This document shows, piece after piece, positions 13,713 through 25,300 of a stretch of DNA of 64,000 nt. The position numbers were made by a program, and so were the translations under genes. Below the pieces are notes generated by a model. That model was given only the letters and a program-made list of their open reading frames with translations. It made no database searches and was not told the origin of the DNA. The stretch's first letter is position 1, and the number at the start of each line of letters is the position of its first letter. The DNA lies in assembly GCF_055900595.2 (NCBI RefSeq), contig NZ_CM148325.1; one strand, written 5' to 3'.

Positions 13713-14465
13713 GCGCCATTCGCCTGGCATAATCTTTTGCCAGGTTTCATTGCCCGTCAGCGGCTGTGTCGCAATCACCGTGACCACATCATTCGGTGTG
13801 GTCTGCGAGCTGAAGTCGATTTCCACATCCTGATCCAGCAACGTTGCCACGCCAAACGGCGCGCGGCGGGTGATCCAGTGCAGATTGGTCGAGCAATACG
13901 CCATTACATAGCGTCCGTCCGAAAGTAGCATGTTGAAAACGCCCTTCTGCCGCAGTTCATCCGCCAGTGAGGCGATATATTTAAACACTGCCGCCATGTT
14001 GCCCGGTGTGCGCGGGTAACGCTGCGTTAATTTATTCAGGAGCCAGCAGAAGGCTTTTTCGCTGTCGGTTTCGCCTACCGGGCGGAAGTTGCCAGTTTCC
14101 AGTGATTTGTAGCCCGTCAGTTGTCCGTTATGGGCATAAGTCCAGTTACGCCCCCATAACTCGCGGGTAAACGGATGAGTATTTTCCAGTGCCACCTCGC
14201 CCCGATTCGCCTGGCGAATATGAGCAATTACCGAGCAGGATTTGATTGGATAGTCCTGGACCAGTTTGGCGATAGGGGAATTAAAGCTGGGTTGCGGATC
14301 TTTAAATGTGCGACAGCCTTTACCTTCGTAAAAGGTAATGCCCCAGCCATCTTTATGTGGCCCGGTTCCACCACCACGCTGCACCAGACCGGTGAAACTA
14401 AAGCAGATATCGGTAGGGACGTTAGCGCTCATCCCGAGCAATTCGCACATGGGTAACCTCCACAA
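13683..14465 (-). CDS. yafJ: Class II glutamine amidotransferase-like protein YafJ
   Basis: ORF begins ...[19 protein letters not shown]..., the Cys-at-N-terminus GATase-2 signature; true start probably the internal MCELLG Met. Confidence 0.85.
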   Translation of the reverse strand: MWRLPMCELLGMSANVPTDICFSFTGLVQRGGGTGPHKDGWGITFYEGKGCRTFKDPQPSFNSPIAKLVQDYPIKSCSVIAHIRQANRGEVALENTHPFTRELWGRNWTYAHNGQLTGYKSLETGNFRPVGETDSEKAFCWLLNKLTQRYPRTPGNMAAVFKYIASLADELRQKGVFNMLLSDGRYVMAYCSTNLHWITRRAPFGVATLLDQDVEIDFSSQTTPNDVVTVIATQPLTGNETWQKIMPGEWRLFCLGERVV

Positions 14466-14499
14466 CAGCGAGGGCGCATGGCCCCCGGCGAAGATTGAT

Positions 14500-14650
14500 T
14501 TAAGAATTTTCAGGTCGGATGCGGCGTGAACGCATTATTCGGCCTACGGTTCGGGTACAGATTTGTAGGCATGATAAGACGCATCAGCGTCGCATCAGGC
14601 ATCAGCGCACAAGTGCCGGATGCGGCGTAAACGCCTTATCCAGCCTACGC
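14500..14650. repeat. REP/BIME array
   Basis: Repeated gtcggatgcggcg...cgccttatcc / gtaggcatgataagacgc units. Confidence 0.75.
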
Positions 14651-14655
14651 CAGAC

Positions 14656-15234
14656 TTACTTAACCATCTCTTTTTCAATTAACTGGATCAGGATATGGAT
14701 CACTTTAATGTGAATCTCCTGAATGCGGTCGGCATAACCAAAGTGTGGAACGCGAATTTCGATATCCGCCGTGCCAGCCATTTTGCCGCCGTCTTTACCG
14801 GTCAGGGTGATCACTTTCATCCCCTTCTCACGCGCCGCTGCGATCGCTTTGATCACGTTCGCAGAGTTACCGGAAGTGGAGATCCCCAGCAGTACATCGC
14901 CTTCGCGACCTACCGCTTCAACGTAACGGGAGAAAATATCGTTGAAACCAAAATCGTTACCGACGCAGGAAATATGACTAACGTCAGAAATGGCAATCGC
15001 CGGATAGCCCGGACGGTTTTCACGGTAGCGCCCCGTCAACTCTTCGGCAAAGTGCATGGCGTCGCAATGGGAACCGCCGTTGCCGCAGGAAAGCACTTTG
15101 CCACCGGCTTTAAAGCTGTCTGCTAACAGGACCGCCGCGCGCTGAATGGCGTGAATATTGGCGTCATCTTTTAAAAAGTTAGCCAGCGTTTCCGCCGCTT
15201 CGTTCAGTTCGTTACGAATAAGATCCTGGTACAT
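14656..15234 (-). CDS. gmhA: D-sedoheptulose-7-phosphate isomerase (phosphoheptose isomerase)
   Basis: SIS-domain protein; start set at internal Met [20 protein letters not shown]... (192 aa) instead of the longer ORF. Confidence 0.9.
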
Positions 15235-15473
15235 GAGGATATCCTTCAGCATAAATGTAATAGACAAAATGCAGTGTACCGGATACCGCCAAAAGCGAGA
15301 AGTACGGGCAGGTGCGATGACCAGGACTTTTTGACCTGAAGTGCGGATAAAAACAGCAACAATGTGAGCTTTGTTGTAATTATATTGTAAACACATTGCT
15401 AAATATTTTTACATCCACTACAACCATATCATCACAAGTGGTCAGACCTCCTACAAGTAAGGGGCTTTTCGTT

Positions 15474-17918
15474 ATGATGATTTTGAGTATTCTCGCTACG
15501 GTTGTCCTGCTCGGCGCGTTGTTCTATCACCGCGTGAGCTTATTTATCAGCAGTCTGATTTTGCTCGCCTGGACAGCCGCCCTCGGCGTCGCTGGTCTGT
15601 GGTCGGCGTGGGTACTGGTGCCTCTGGCCATTATCCTCGTACCGTTTAACTTTGCGCCTATGCGTAAGTCGATGATTTCTGCGCCGGTATTTCGTGGATT
15701 CCGTAAGGTGATGCCACCGATGTCACGCACTGAAAAAGAAGCGATTGATGCAGGCACTACCTGGTGGGAAGGCGACTTGTTCCAGGGTAAGCCGGACTGG
15801 AAAAAGCTGCATAACTATCCGCAGCCGCGCCTGACCGCAGAAGAGCAAGCGTTTCTCGACGGCCCGGTAGAAGAAGCCTGCCGGATGGCGAATGATTTCC
15901 AGATTACTCATGAGCTGGCGGATCTGCCGCCGGAGTTGTGGGCGTACCTTAAAGAGCATCGTTTCTTCGCGATGATTATCAAAAAAGAGTACGGCGGGCT
16001 GGAGTTCTCGGCTTATGCCCAGTCTCGTGTGCTGCAAAAACTCTCCGGCGTGAGCGGGATCCTGGCGATTACCGTCGGCGTGCCGAACTCATTAGGCCCG
16101 GGCGAGCTGCTGCAACATTACGGCACTGATGAGCAGAAAGATCACTATCTGCCGCGTCTGGCGCGTGGTCAGGAAATCCCTTGCTTTGCACTGACCAGCC
16201 CGGAAGCGGGTTCCGATGCGGGCGCTATCCCGGATACCGGGATTGTCTGCATGGGCGAGTGGCAGGGCCAGCAGGTGCTGGGGATGCGACTGACCTGGAA
16301 CAAACGCTACATTACGCTCGCGCCAATTGCGACCGTGCTTGGGCTGGCGTTTAAACTTTCCGACCCGGAAAAACTGCTGGGTGGCGCAGAAGATTTAGGC
16401 ATTACCTGTGCACTTATCCCGACCACCACGCCAGGCGTGGAAATTGGTCGTCGCCACTTCCCGCTGAACGTACCGTTCCAGAACGGACCGACGCGAGGTA
16501 AAGATGTCTTCGTACCGATCGACTACATTATCGGCGGACCAAAAATGGCCGGGCAAGGCTGGCGGATGCTGGTGGAGTGTCTCTCCGTGGGCCGCGGCAT
16601 CACCCTACCTTCCAACTCAACCGGCGGCGTGAAATCGGTAGCACTGGCAACGGGCGCGTATGCGCACATTCGCCGTCAGTTCAAAATCTCTATCGGTAAG
16701 ATGGAAGGGATTGAAGAGCCGCTGGCGCGTATTGCCGGTAATGCCTACGTGATGGATGCTGCGGCATCGCTGATTACCTACGGAATTATGCTCGGTGAAA
16801 AACCTGCCGTGCTGTCGGCTATCGTTAAGTATCATTGTACCCACCGTGGGCAGCAGTCGATTATTGATGCGATGGATATCACCGGGGGTAAAGGCATTAT
16901 GCTCGGTCAGAGCAACTTCCTGGCACGAGCTTACCAGGGCGCACCGATTGCCATCACCGTTGAAGGGGCCAACATTCTGACCCGCAGCATGATGATCTTC
17001 GGTCAGGGAGCGATTCGTTGCCATCCGTACGTGCTGGAAGAGATGGAAGCGGCGAAGAACAATGACGTTAACGCGTTCGATAAACTGCTGTTCAAACATA
17101 TTGGCCACGTCGGCAGTAACAAAGTTCGCAGCTTCTGGCTGGGCCTGACGCGCGGTTTAACCAGCAGCACACCAACCGGCGATGCCACTAAACGTTATTA
17201 TCAGCACCTGAACCGCCTGAGTGCCAACCTCGCCCTGCTTTCTGATGTCTCGATGGCTGTGCTGGGCGGCAGCCTGAAACGTCGTGAGCGTATCTCGGCA
17301 CGTCTGGGGGATATTTTAAGCCAGCTTTACCTCGCCTCTGCCGTTCTGAAGCGTTATGACGACGAAGGCCGTAATGAAGCCGATCTGCCGCTGGTGCACT
17401 GGGGCGTACAGGATGCGCTGTATCAGGCTGAACAGGCGATGGATGATTTACTGCAAAACTTCCCGAACCGCGTGGTTGCCGGGCTGCTGAATGTGGTGAT
17501 CTTCCCGACCGGACGTCATTATCTGGCACCGTCTGACAAGCTGGATCATAAGGTGGCGAAGATTTTACAAGTGCCGAACGCCACCCGTTCACGTATTGGT
17601 CGCGGTCAGTACCTGACCCCGAGCGAGCATAACCCGGTTGGTTTACTGGAAGAGGCGCTGGTGGATGTGATTGCCGCCGACCCAATTCATCAGCGGATCT
17701 GTAAAGAGCTGGGTAAAAACCTGCCGTTTACCCGTCTGGATGAACTGGCGCATAACGCGCTGGCGAAGGGGCTGATTGATAAAGATGAAGCCGCTATTCT
17801 TGTGAAAGCTGAAGAGAGTCGTCTGCGCAGTATTAACGTTGATGACTTTGATCCGGAAGAGCTGGCGACGAAGCCGGTAAAGTTGCCGGAGAAAGTGCGG
17901 AAAGTTGAAGCCGCATAA
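15474..17918 (+). CDS. fadE: Acyl-CoA dehydrogenase FadE
   Basis: Start set at [21 protein letters not shown]... within the 840-aa ORF (814 aa); acyl-CoA dehydrogenase domains. Confidence 0.9.
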   Translation: MMILSILATVVLLGALFYHRVSLFISSLILLAWTAALGVAGLWSAWVLVPLAIILVPFNFAPMRKSMISAPVFRGFRKVMPPMSRTEKEAIDAGTTWWEGDLFQGKPDWKKLHNYPQPRLTAEEQAFLDGPVEEACRMANDFQITHELADLPPELWAYLKEHRFFAMIIKKEYGGLEFSAYAQSRVLQKLSGVSGILAITVGVPNSLGPGELLQHYGTDEQKDHYLPRLARGQEIPCFALTSPEAGSDAGAIPDTGIVCMGEWQGQQVLGMRLTWNKRYITLAPIATVLGLAFKLSDPEKLLGGAEDLGITCALIPTTTPGVEIGRRHFPLNVPFQNGPTRGKDVFVPIDYIIGGPKMAGQGWRMLVECLSVGRGITLPSNSTGGVKSVALATGAYAHIRRQFKISIGKMEGIEEPLARIAGNAYVMDAAASLITYGIMLGEKPAVLSAIVKYHCTHRGQQSIIDAMDITGGKGIMLGQSNFLARAYQGAPIAITVEGANILTRSMMIFGQGAIRCHPYVLEEMEAAKNNDVNAFDKLLFKHIGHVGSNKVRSFWLGLTRGLTSSTPTGDATKRYYQHLNRLSANLALLSDVSMAVLGGSLKRRERISARLGDILSQLYLASAVLKRYDDEGRNEADLPLVHWGVQDALYQAEQAMDDLLQNFPNRVVAGLLNVVIFPTGRHYLAPSDKLDHKVAKILQVPNATRSRIGRGQYLTPSEHNPVGLLEEALVDVIAADPIHQRICKELGKNLPFTRLDELAHNALAKGLIDKDEAAILVKAEESRLRSINVDDFDPEELATKPVKLPEKVRKVEAA

Positions 17919-17924
17919 TTGAAT

Positions 17925-17952
17925 AACGGAGCCGAAAGGCTCCGTTTCTTTA
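17925..17952. terminator. Bidirectional rho-independent terminator between fadE and ivy
   Basis: Hairpin cggagccgaaaggctccg followed by tttctttat. Confidence 0.7.
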
Positions 17953-17960
17953 TCCGCTAA

Positions 17961-18434
17961 TTATTTAAAATTAAAGCCATCCGGATGATTTTCCAGGCTG
18001 CCGGTCAACGCCGCGAATAGCACCGTTTTACCATCAATCGAAAGCGCATCATTCACATTCAACCAGGTGAGTTTCTCTTGCGAGGTTTTCTCATCAATGG
18101 TCGAGAACAGCCCCGTCATCTGATTAGATTTCTCGGACCACATCACAGCGATACGTTGCGAGCCACAGTCATGCGGTTTGCACGCGCTCATCACCTGATA
18201 CGTCTCATCTCCCAATGTCACGGTTTGTGCGGGGGTATAAGTACCGCCTTTCATCACCCAGGCAGGCAGCTTATGCCCTTGCACCATCTGACTAAACGCA
18301 GCTTTGGTGGTTTCGCCCTTTGCAAGGCTGCTAATGGTTAAATCATCCTGCGCCATTGCACTGGTGGCGATGACCAGTGCGGCGACTGTCGTTATTGCCT
18401 TAAACATCATTCCTCCCGAGCTTATCCTGCCCAT
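17961..18434 (-). CDS. ivy: Inhibitor of vertebrate lysozyme (periplasmic)
   Basis: 157-aa ORF with signal peptide, recognised as Ivy (CKPHDCG loop). Confidence 0.9.
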   Translation of the reverse strand: MGRISSGGMMFKAITTVAALVIATSAMAQDDLTISSLAKGETTKAAFSQMVQGHKLPAWVMKGGTYTPAQTVTLGDETYQVMSACKPHDCGSQRIAVMWSEKSNQMTGLFSTIDEKTSQEKLTWLNVNDALSIDGKTVLFAALTGSLENHPDGFNFK

Positions 18435-18578
18435 GTTATTAACCTCCTAAAGCCTGGCGATAACACGATAATTTGCAAATCAGATATTTCCAATATCAGC
18501 ATTTGTTATCAATTTATTCTGCGCTAAGGCAACTGCCTGATAAGGTGTTAGAGTTATAAAACCCTTCGCATAAAGGAG

Positions 18579-19343
18579 TTGTACACCGTGCCTGGTTTGA
18601 AGATTACGCTTTTACAGCAACCACTGGTGTGGATGGATGGTCCTGCCAACCTGCGTCATTTTGATCGTCAACTGGAAGGTATTACCGGGCGCGATGTGAT
18701 CGTTCTACCGGAGATGTTTACCAGCGGCTTTGCCATGGAAGCGGCAGCTTCGTCGCTAGCACAAGATGACGTAGTGAACTGGATGACAGCTAAAGCGCAG
18801 CAGTGCAATGCGCTGATTGCAGGCAGTGTTGCATTACAAACGGAGTCTGGTTCGGTTAACCGCTTTTTGCTGGTTGAGCCGGGCGGCACGGTACATTTTT
18901 ATGATAAGCGTCATCTGTTCCGAATGGCAGATGAGCATCTGCATTATAAAGCGGGCAATGCGCGAGTGATTGTGGAATGGCGCGGCTGGCGTATTTTGCC
19001 GCTGGTGTGCTACGACTTACGTTTTCCGGTGTGGTCGCGCAATCTCAACGATTATGACCTCGCCCTGTACGTTGCCAACTGGCCTGCTCCGCGCTCTCTG
19101 CACTGGCAGGCATTGCTGACAGCCCGCGCGATTGAGAATCAGGCGTATGTAGCGGGATGTAATCGCGTCGGCAGCGATGGCAACGGCTGCCATTATCGCG
19201 GTGACAGCCGGGTGATTAATCCACAGGGCGAGATTATCGCTACTGCCGACGCGCATCAGGCAACGCGCATTGATGCGGAGCTGTCGATGGCGGTGTTACG
19301 GGAATATAGAGAAAAGTTTCCGGCATGGCAGGATGCGGATTAG
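18579..19343 (+). CDS. yafV: Nitrilase/CN-hydrolase family omega-amidase YafV
   Basis: 254-aa ORF with carbon-nitrogen hydrolase signature; last conserved backbone gene before the island. Confidence 0.85.
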   Translation: MYTVPGLKITLLQQPLVWMDGPANLRHFDRQLEGITGRDVIVLPEMFTSGFAMEAAASSLAQDDVVNWMTAKAQQCNALIAGSVALQTESGSVNRFLLVEPGGTVHFYDKRHLFRMADEHLHYKAGNARVIVEWRGWRILPLVCYDLRFPVWSRNLNDYDLALYVANWPAPRSLHWQALLTARAIENQAYVAGCNRVGSDGNGCHYRGDSRVINPQGEIIATADAHQATRIDAELSMAVLREYREKFPAWQDAD

Positions 19344-19784
19344 TTTAGGTTGTGGTGAGTGGGGGTTGTGTTTAGGGCCGGGGAGAGTTGGGGTATGACT
19401 ACGAAAGCCCGCTCTCCTGCGACCACTTTTATCATAGGAGTGTGGAAGTGCTTTTCCATCAATCGCGATGACGTCTTTGTCATCTGAAGAATGACATTCA
19501 CGCATCCGGTTAATAAAGCATTCGTGAAATTTTGCAGGACTGATACATGATACAACTCTGGCAATAGTATCGTGAACAGGAATACCATTTTCAAAATCAC
19601 CATATTGCTTCAAAAAATCGAGATGAGTTTCCCCGAAATCCTCTATATATTCCCAACCTTCTGCTCCAGAAATAACGGCACAAATAGTCAACAGTAGAAT
19701 ATCCGATAATTTATGTTCCACTTTCCAGGCTTGTCTGTAATCGGGGATAATAGAAATATGTTCCATCAATTTTTTAAGTTCCAT
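19296..19784 (-). pseudogene. H-repeat (ISAs1-family) transposase, N-terminal fragment
   Basis: [80 protein letters not shown]... matches Rhs-associated H-repeat protein N-terminus; C-terminal two-thirds absent. Confidence 0.75.
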
Positions 19785-19968
19785 TTTGTTCTCCTTAATT
19801 ATGTAAGGAGTATTTGATCATGTATAAGCAATAAAAAACAGCTTCAGGTAATGAGGAATATCTCAATTTTTAAACATAAAATGCGAATTGTTTAGTACAA
19901 AAAAGCAGCGTTACGTGATCTTTCCCTGCTAAGGCCGGTAAGGCTAACCTCGTCTGGTTCCGCCACCC

Positions 19969-20487
19969 GTGAGATTAGCCTCTCCGTTGGCGGTATTAAA
20001 ATCACTTAGTGGAGGTTGCCTTATGGCTACAATCCTCCCCCCTGATTATGATTTACTGTCCATTCCTTTCAGTTCTGCCACCGATTTAACTGACCTGGCC
20101 GATCACTGCGATCGTTTCGCTGAAACTCTTATAGAGTGTCACGATCCGGCGCTGAAAATGGCGCTATATGGGCGTCTTCGCGCCTGTCTCGCCATTCTGC
20201 ATCCCACGCTGAACGAGCCGATTCCGTCCCATCTGGTGGACAGCCTGACGCTTGATGATTTGCCGACGTCGTTTCCGCGCTTTGAACCAGATGCAGAACA
20301 GTTGTGTCAGTATTGCCTGACGTTGCTCCAGCTTCTGACGGAACGGGCGCAGGGATCGGAAACACAACAATCCCTTACTGGATTACTGTGCGAACTGGTC
20401 TGGTTCTTTGCAGCAAAACTGAAAGCACCACGCTGGCTGCATACTGCTGATGGCGTGGTCTTTATCGAAGATCTGATCGAACCATAA
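19969..20487 (+). CDS. Hypothetical protein (no recognisable family), within Rhs element tail
   Basis: 172-aa ORF; probable start at internal MATILPPDYDL; no motif recognised. Confidence 0.4.
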   Translation: MRLASPLAVLKSLSGGCLMATILPPDYDLLSIPFSSATDLTDLADHCDRFAETLIECHDPALKMALYGRLRACLAILHPTLNEPIPSHLVDSLTLDDLPTSFPRFEPDAEQLCQYCLTLLQLLTERAQGSETQQSLTGLLCELVWFFAAKLKAPRWLHTADGVVFIEDLIEP

Positions 20488-20653
20488 GATGGATATCCCC
20501 GGATTCTCGCCTGTAAGTGCAGGCAGAGATCCGGGAGAATACCCGCATACATTCAGCGCAAACATTCCTGCCAGACCATCCGCGCGCGGTTCCTCTGTCA
20601 GTCACAGTCCGCATCGTAGATAAACTGATGTTCCGTAGCTGATGTAATTAAAC

Positions 20654-21268
20654 TCATATATCCGTAAGTGATTTAAAATCAGCAACACGGGCAAATTCCT
20701 TTTTCGGTAGTACCAAAGACTCTAGTCGTGCTGATAGCAGTTCAACCATAAACTCTGCCCACCCTAAGTCAAATTCATCACAAAGAGGTCCACGACTTTC
20801 ATTTATAACTATTTTCCAATTACAATTTTTTTCTAATTTCCAGAATAAAACCTCTCCACTATCAGTTATACCAAACGGGAGAACACCATCTTCCGATGGA
20901 AAAAAATTGTATGGGAATTTTTCGCCATGAAGTTTGACCTCAGCAAGAGCCGAATTTATTTCCTTTGCTTGCTCGATTAAATTAATATATGGATTATCAA
21001 CAAACGGGCTAAAGATCCAAAGGAACCCATTTATTCGTCCTATCCCATATTCATCAATAAAGGATTTATAATCTTCTGGCAACAAAATACCTAGCCTAGA
21101 CTCTGCTTTCCGCCAGTCATTGACGCCATTATAATCGTCAATAAGGTTTTTATAATCATTAGACAATTGAATACCGAGTTCAGATTCTAACCGTCCCCAA
21201 TAAGTAGTTATTTTCTCATTAATAACTGCTGGTGGCGGAATTATTTTCTTTATCATATCAATAGACAT
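20654..21268 (-). CDS. SMI1/KNR4 (SUKH-type) family protein, candidate Rhs immunity protein
   Basis: 204-aa ORF with features remembered for SMI1/KNR4 immunity proteins; located downstream of the Rhs C-terminal toxin. Confidence 0.6.
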   Translation of the reverse strand: MSIDMIKKIIPPPAVINEKITTYWGRLESELGIQLSNDYKNLIDDYNGVNDWRKAESRLGILLPEDYKSFIDEYGIGRINGFLWIFSPFVDNPYINLIEQAKEINSALAEVKLHGEKFPYNFFPSEDGVLPFGITDSGEVLFWKLEKNCNWKIVINESRGPLCDEFDLGWAEFMVELLSARLESLVLPKKEFARVADFKSLTDI

Positions 21269-21313
21269 TGTCAGTTCCCTATTGGATTCAGTATAGAATC
21301 ATTAAGCACAGTT

Positions 21314-21511
21314 TCAATTTTCATAATCCAGAATTGGCTCATCTAATGCTTCTGAATAACGAAGAAGATTCTCTCGCAAATCTTCAAGGGATTCACCTCG
21401 CGGAGACACTGGTTTTTCACTATATCCACAAACCTTACCTGCTTCATTATAATATACCTCATAGATAGCAAGCTCCCCTTTAAATTGCATAACTCTATAA
21501 TTCCAAGTCAT
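21314..21511 (-). CDS. Small hypothetical protein immediately downstream of the Rhs toxin; candidate cognate immunity protein
   Basis: 65-aa ORF starting 9 nt after the Rhs stop; position typical of an Rhs immunity gene; weak HicB-like look. Confidence 0.45.
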   Translation of the reverse strand: MTWNYRVMQFKGELAIYEVYYNEAGKVCGYSEKPVSPRGESLEDLRENLLRYSEALDEPILDYEN

Positions 21512-21519
21512 ATCTCCTC

Positions 21520-22383
21520 CTATTTTTTATGATAATCAACAATATCATGAATAATTATTTCATTTTCTGTTTCAGAATATAAAACTCTATCTCCCCCTCT
21601 TCCTTTACCACTTCCTGGTAAGTCGGCTGCTGATTTCCCTTTTAAATCACCATGTAAAGAATGCTGGTTTTTTCCTGACTCACCACGAGAAAGCATAATT
21701 TTAATAGCATCATAGGCTTCAGCTTGTTTTCCTTTGAGCGCATCCCCCTTCTTCGCCGCCAAATCCTCCTCTATGATGGTTTTCATTTGGGTAGGACATT
21801 TTTCACCTGCCAGCCCCCACGGGTCGCACCAACCCACCGGATTATGCACATAAGACTGCGTATCCAGCCCGCCGCTCAGTTTCAGCGGATCCTGGCTTAA
21901 ATACTGCCCCGTCCCGGCGTCGTAGTAGCGGTGTAAATTATACCACAGCCCGCTCTCCTCATCCTGCCACTGGCCCATGAAGCCCGCATCGCAGCTTTCA
22001 CGCTCACTGTCCGGCGAGTCGTTTGCAGCCAGCCCCCACAGGCTGCGGTGTTTCGTCCACACCTTCCGCCCGTTCGCGCAGTACATCTCCTGCGGCGCGC
22101 CGTCCGGGCCGGTCACTACCGGGTAAAAATAACTTCTGTCATCATTCGCCGCCCGGCTTTCCTTCGCCAGCAGTTCAAATCTGCCCCCGGTAGTGCCACT
22201 GCTCCCGTAGCGCCGGGCTGCCGTCTGCATAGCGTTTCTCACTTGTGGAAAGCGCCATCCCAAGCCACTGGTAGCGTACTTCGCTGATGGCGTGCGGGCT
22301 TCGTTTCCACGCTGCCCGGATAACGCAGCGTTTTGCCGTTCGTCTGCCAAAGGCGTCGTAGCTGTACTGCCACACTTCACCAT
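21520..22383 (-). CDS. rhs: Rhs C-terminal segment: end of Rhs core (DPxGL motif) plus YoeB/RelE-like toxin domain; out of frame with the upstream Rhs ORF
   Basis: Contains GLWYNLHRYYDAGTGQYLSQDPLKLSGGLDTQSYVHNPVGWCDPWGL (Rhs core end) followed by ~95 aa ending ...GKGRGGDRVLYSETENEIIIHDIVDYHKK resembling YoeB/RelE toxins; overlaps the main Rhs ORF in another frame over 22175-22383. Confidence 0.7.
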   Translation of the reverse strand: MVKCGSTATTPLADERQNAALSGQRGNEARTPSAKYATSGLGWRFPQVRNAMQTAARRYGSSGTTGGRFELLAKESRAANDDRSYFYPVVTGPDGAPQEMYCANGRKVWTKHRSLWGLAANDSPDSERESCDAGFMGQWQDEESGLWYNLHRYYDAGTGQYLSQDPLKLSGGLDTQSYVHNPVGWCDPWGLAGEKCPTQMKTIIEEDLAAKKGDALKGKQAEAYDAIKIMLSRGESGKNQHSLHGDLKGKSAADLPGSGKGRGGDRVLYSETENEIIIHDIVDYHKK

Positions 22384-25300
22384 CTGGTGTCTTTATCTCG
22401 CGCAGACGGTCGAAGTCATCCCAGCGGTAGCGCCACTCCTGCGGGCGAAAGCCGAGTTTTTGGTCGGTGCGCTTTGTCACCCTGCCGCAGGCGTCGTATC
22501 CGTAGCGGCTGTCACCGGCCTGGTTCACACATTCATTATTGTACTGGTGCTGCGACAGAATACCGTTTATCCGGCTTTCCGCTATCTGCTCATTGACCGT
22601 ATAGCGGTAGCGCTCTTCCTGTGCCGGACCACTGGCGTCCAGCCGCAGTACGCTGGTTATCTGGTCGCGGGCATCGTACTGGTAGCGCGTTTCCCGCTCC
22701 GTACGCGTTTTCGACCACACTTCATGCCCGGTCAGGCGGCCCGATTTATCCCACGCGTAACGGTGTTCGCCCAGCGGTCGCCACGATGCCACGCTCTGGT
22801 GGCTGCCTGCCAGCCGCTCTGCGCCCTGTTTTTGCCATGCCGTACGTCCGCAGGTGTCGTATCCCTGCTCCTGCATATAGACCGCATGGTTCAGCGGCGT
22901 CTGCGCCAGCCAGCTTTCCTCATCCTCCGGGCGGTAACGCCGATTTTTTTCAAGGCCCGCGGGGGAATGACTGAAGTCCATCCGGTGACCGTTGCTGCGG
23001 TAGCCCGTCAGAATGCCCGAAGCGTCGTATTCTCTCTGTGTTTCCCCGTCCGGCGTTGTGGTGCCAGTCAGCCTTCCGGCTTCGTCGTAACGGTACTCCG
23101 TGCGCTGGCCGTCCTGCTCTTCCGCCACCAGACGATGGCGTTCGTCCCACTCCAGTTTTACCTCACTGGTGAGCGTATAGCCTGCTTCACTGCCGTCGCT
23201 GCGCTCATACACCTGCGCACTCACCATCCGGTCATGGCGGTCGTACTGATAGCTGAGTTTCTGATGCTCGCCGCTGATGGTCGCCACCCGGCCATATTCA
23301 TCCCTCGCATAGCGCCATACGCTGCCGTCCGGGCGGTGTTTTTCTGCCAGCCGGCCCTGTTCATCACGGATATAGACGGTTCTGCGTCCCGACCAGTCCT
23401 CCTCCCCGGCCATCTGGCCCGCCGCATCGTAGTACAGCCGCCACTGCTGGTTGCCGCTGCGCGTAAGCTGCGTGAGCCTTGCGGCACCATCGTAGTCGCA
23501 AAGTATCCGCTGCCCGCCCGCGTCCTCCACTTCCCGCAGCAGGTCAAATGCCCCGTGGCGGTAGCGCGTGGTCTGGCCCATGGCCCCGGTGTGGAGAGTG
23601 ATTTTGCCTTCACCATCATAGCGGAAGGTTTCAGCGCCACCGTCGGCCCGGATTACTGCGCTCAGTTTCTCATGCGGGTTATCGGCACCGGGGCGGTACT
23701 GCCAGTTCACGCTGCGCCCTTCAGCATCCACCAGCCCCGTCAGCCGCAGCCAGCGGTCTTCCGTGTAATGGGTTGTGCGGCCTTCACCATCGGTATGGGA
23801 AAGCAGGCCACCGTGAGCGCTGTAGCTCCACTGTTCGTGGCTGCCGTCCGGGTACTGTATCTCCTTGAGCAGACCGTCTTCGGTATGACGGTACTGCCAG
23901 TTCTGCCCGTTCACCTCCCGGCGGATAAGATTCCCTTCGGCGTTATAATGGTACGCCGCCGTGGTGCGGTGGTCCTGGTATGCCGTAACCTGACCAAATT
24001 CATCCCACTGCCATTCACGTTTACGCCCGTTCTCGTCCGTTTCGCTCAGGATACGCCCGGCATAATCGCGTTTTATCTGAGTAATGCGCCCACCCGGCTG
24101 GCGAATACACAGCGGCTGGTCGTATTCGTTACGCTCCCATTCAGTGATACGCCCCAGCGGGTCACGCTGTTTTTTCAGCAGCCAGGACTCATCGAACCAC
24201 AGCGTGGTGGTGGCTCCGGTGGCATCGGTGTAATCGGTTCTGCGCTCCTCCGGGAAGTAGCGGAAGGTGTCGTTATACAGGCCTTCCTGTGTGCCTGTGG
24301 CAGTCACCCGGCCTTCATCGTCATAGCGCAGGTGGAAGTGCGTCGGGCCGTTGTCGCGCCAGGAACTCAGCCAGCCCTGTTCGGTATAGGTATAATGCAA
24401 CGCGCCATTAAAGCGGGTCTGCACATCGCTCAGTCGCTGTTCATCGCCGTGACTGATATAGTCATAGCGCACCAGCTCGCTGCCGTCTGACTCGTCGATC
24501 ACACGGAATATCTGCCCCTGCGGGCCACACATCACCCGCAGATTCAGGCCGCTGCTGTGGGTTACGTTTGTCAGTTGGCCGATGACGTTATAGGTGAAGC
24601 GAATTTCGTTGCGGTTGCGGTCTTTTATTGCCGTTAGCCGCAGGCGGCGTGCGCCGGGGGAGATGGGCGTAAAGATATAACCCAATTGTGAGTATTCGTC
24701 GAAGATAATAGCCCGCTCACGGTTTCCCAGGAGGCGATAGTGCGGGACAAGCAGGTTACGGCTACTGTATGGTGCCTGCTCCGTGGAGTAGGCCAGACAT
24801 AGCCCCTCAGCATCAAAGTAGGTGACGTTTTTCCCGTTGCAATCGAACTCCAGAAACTGCGACCAGTTACACAACCAGCGACTGCCCAGCAAACCACTAA
24901 CCGGATGTCGGCCTGTATAAGCACGTTTCAGCGTCAGCGGTAAAATATGCGGATAGTTGAAATCAGTTCGGTAATCCAGATATTCACCCGTTCCGGTATC
25001 CACCGGATCGCTGAACCCCTGACTGATACGCTCATTTGCGGCTCTGTTTAACTGCTTTGCTCCCCATAGAGCTGTTAACACTTCCAGACTTGATACAACA
25101 GATTGCTCCAGCACCGTCATATCGGCATTAATCGGCCCATACTGTCCGGTCGTCTTATCAGCCGTAATGGTTTTACATCCTTCCTGAATAACTGCCGAGC
25201 AGGTAATTTTATGGCCCTTACGCGCCAGCGGCAGGCTGTTGACGGAAATAATTTTGCTCCCTTCCACTATCTGTGGAGGAGGACTGCCCGGATCCTTACT

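Noticed and set aside
14656-15396. Extended 246-aa version of gmhA and 840-aa version of fadE from the ORF track
   Set aside because: The extensions are upstream in-frame read-through in the shared divergent promoter region; conserved N-termini begin at internal Met codons (15234 for gmhA, 15474 for fadE)
19940-19965. Short tRNA-Asp 3'-end-like sequence (ggttccgccacc) at the left island boundary, considered as a possible att direct repeat
   Set aside because: It is in the opposite orientation to aspV and the match is short and imperfect, so it cannot be a direct repeat of the tRNA 3' end; probably coincidental
22292-24490. 732-aa plus-strand ORF
   Set aside because: Runs antisense through the Rhs YD-repeat region; Arg/Ala/Val-rich low-complexity translation; the Rhs reading on the minus strand explains the region
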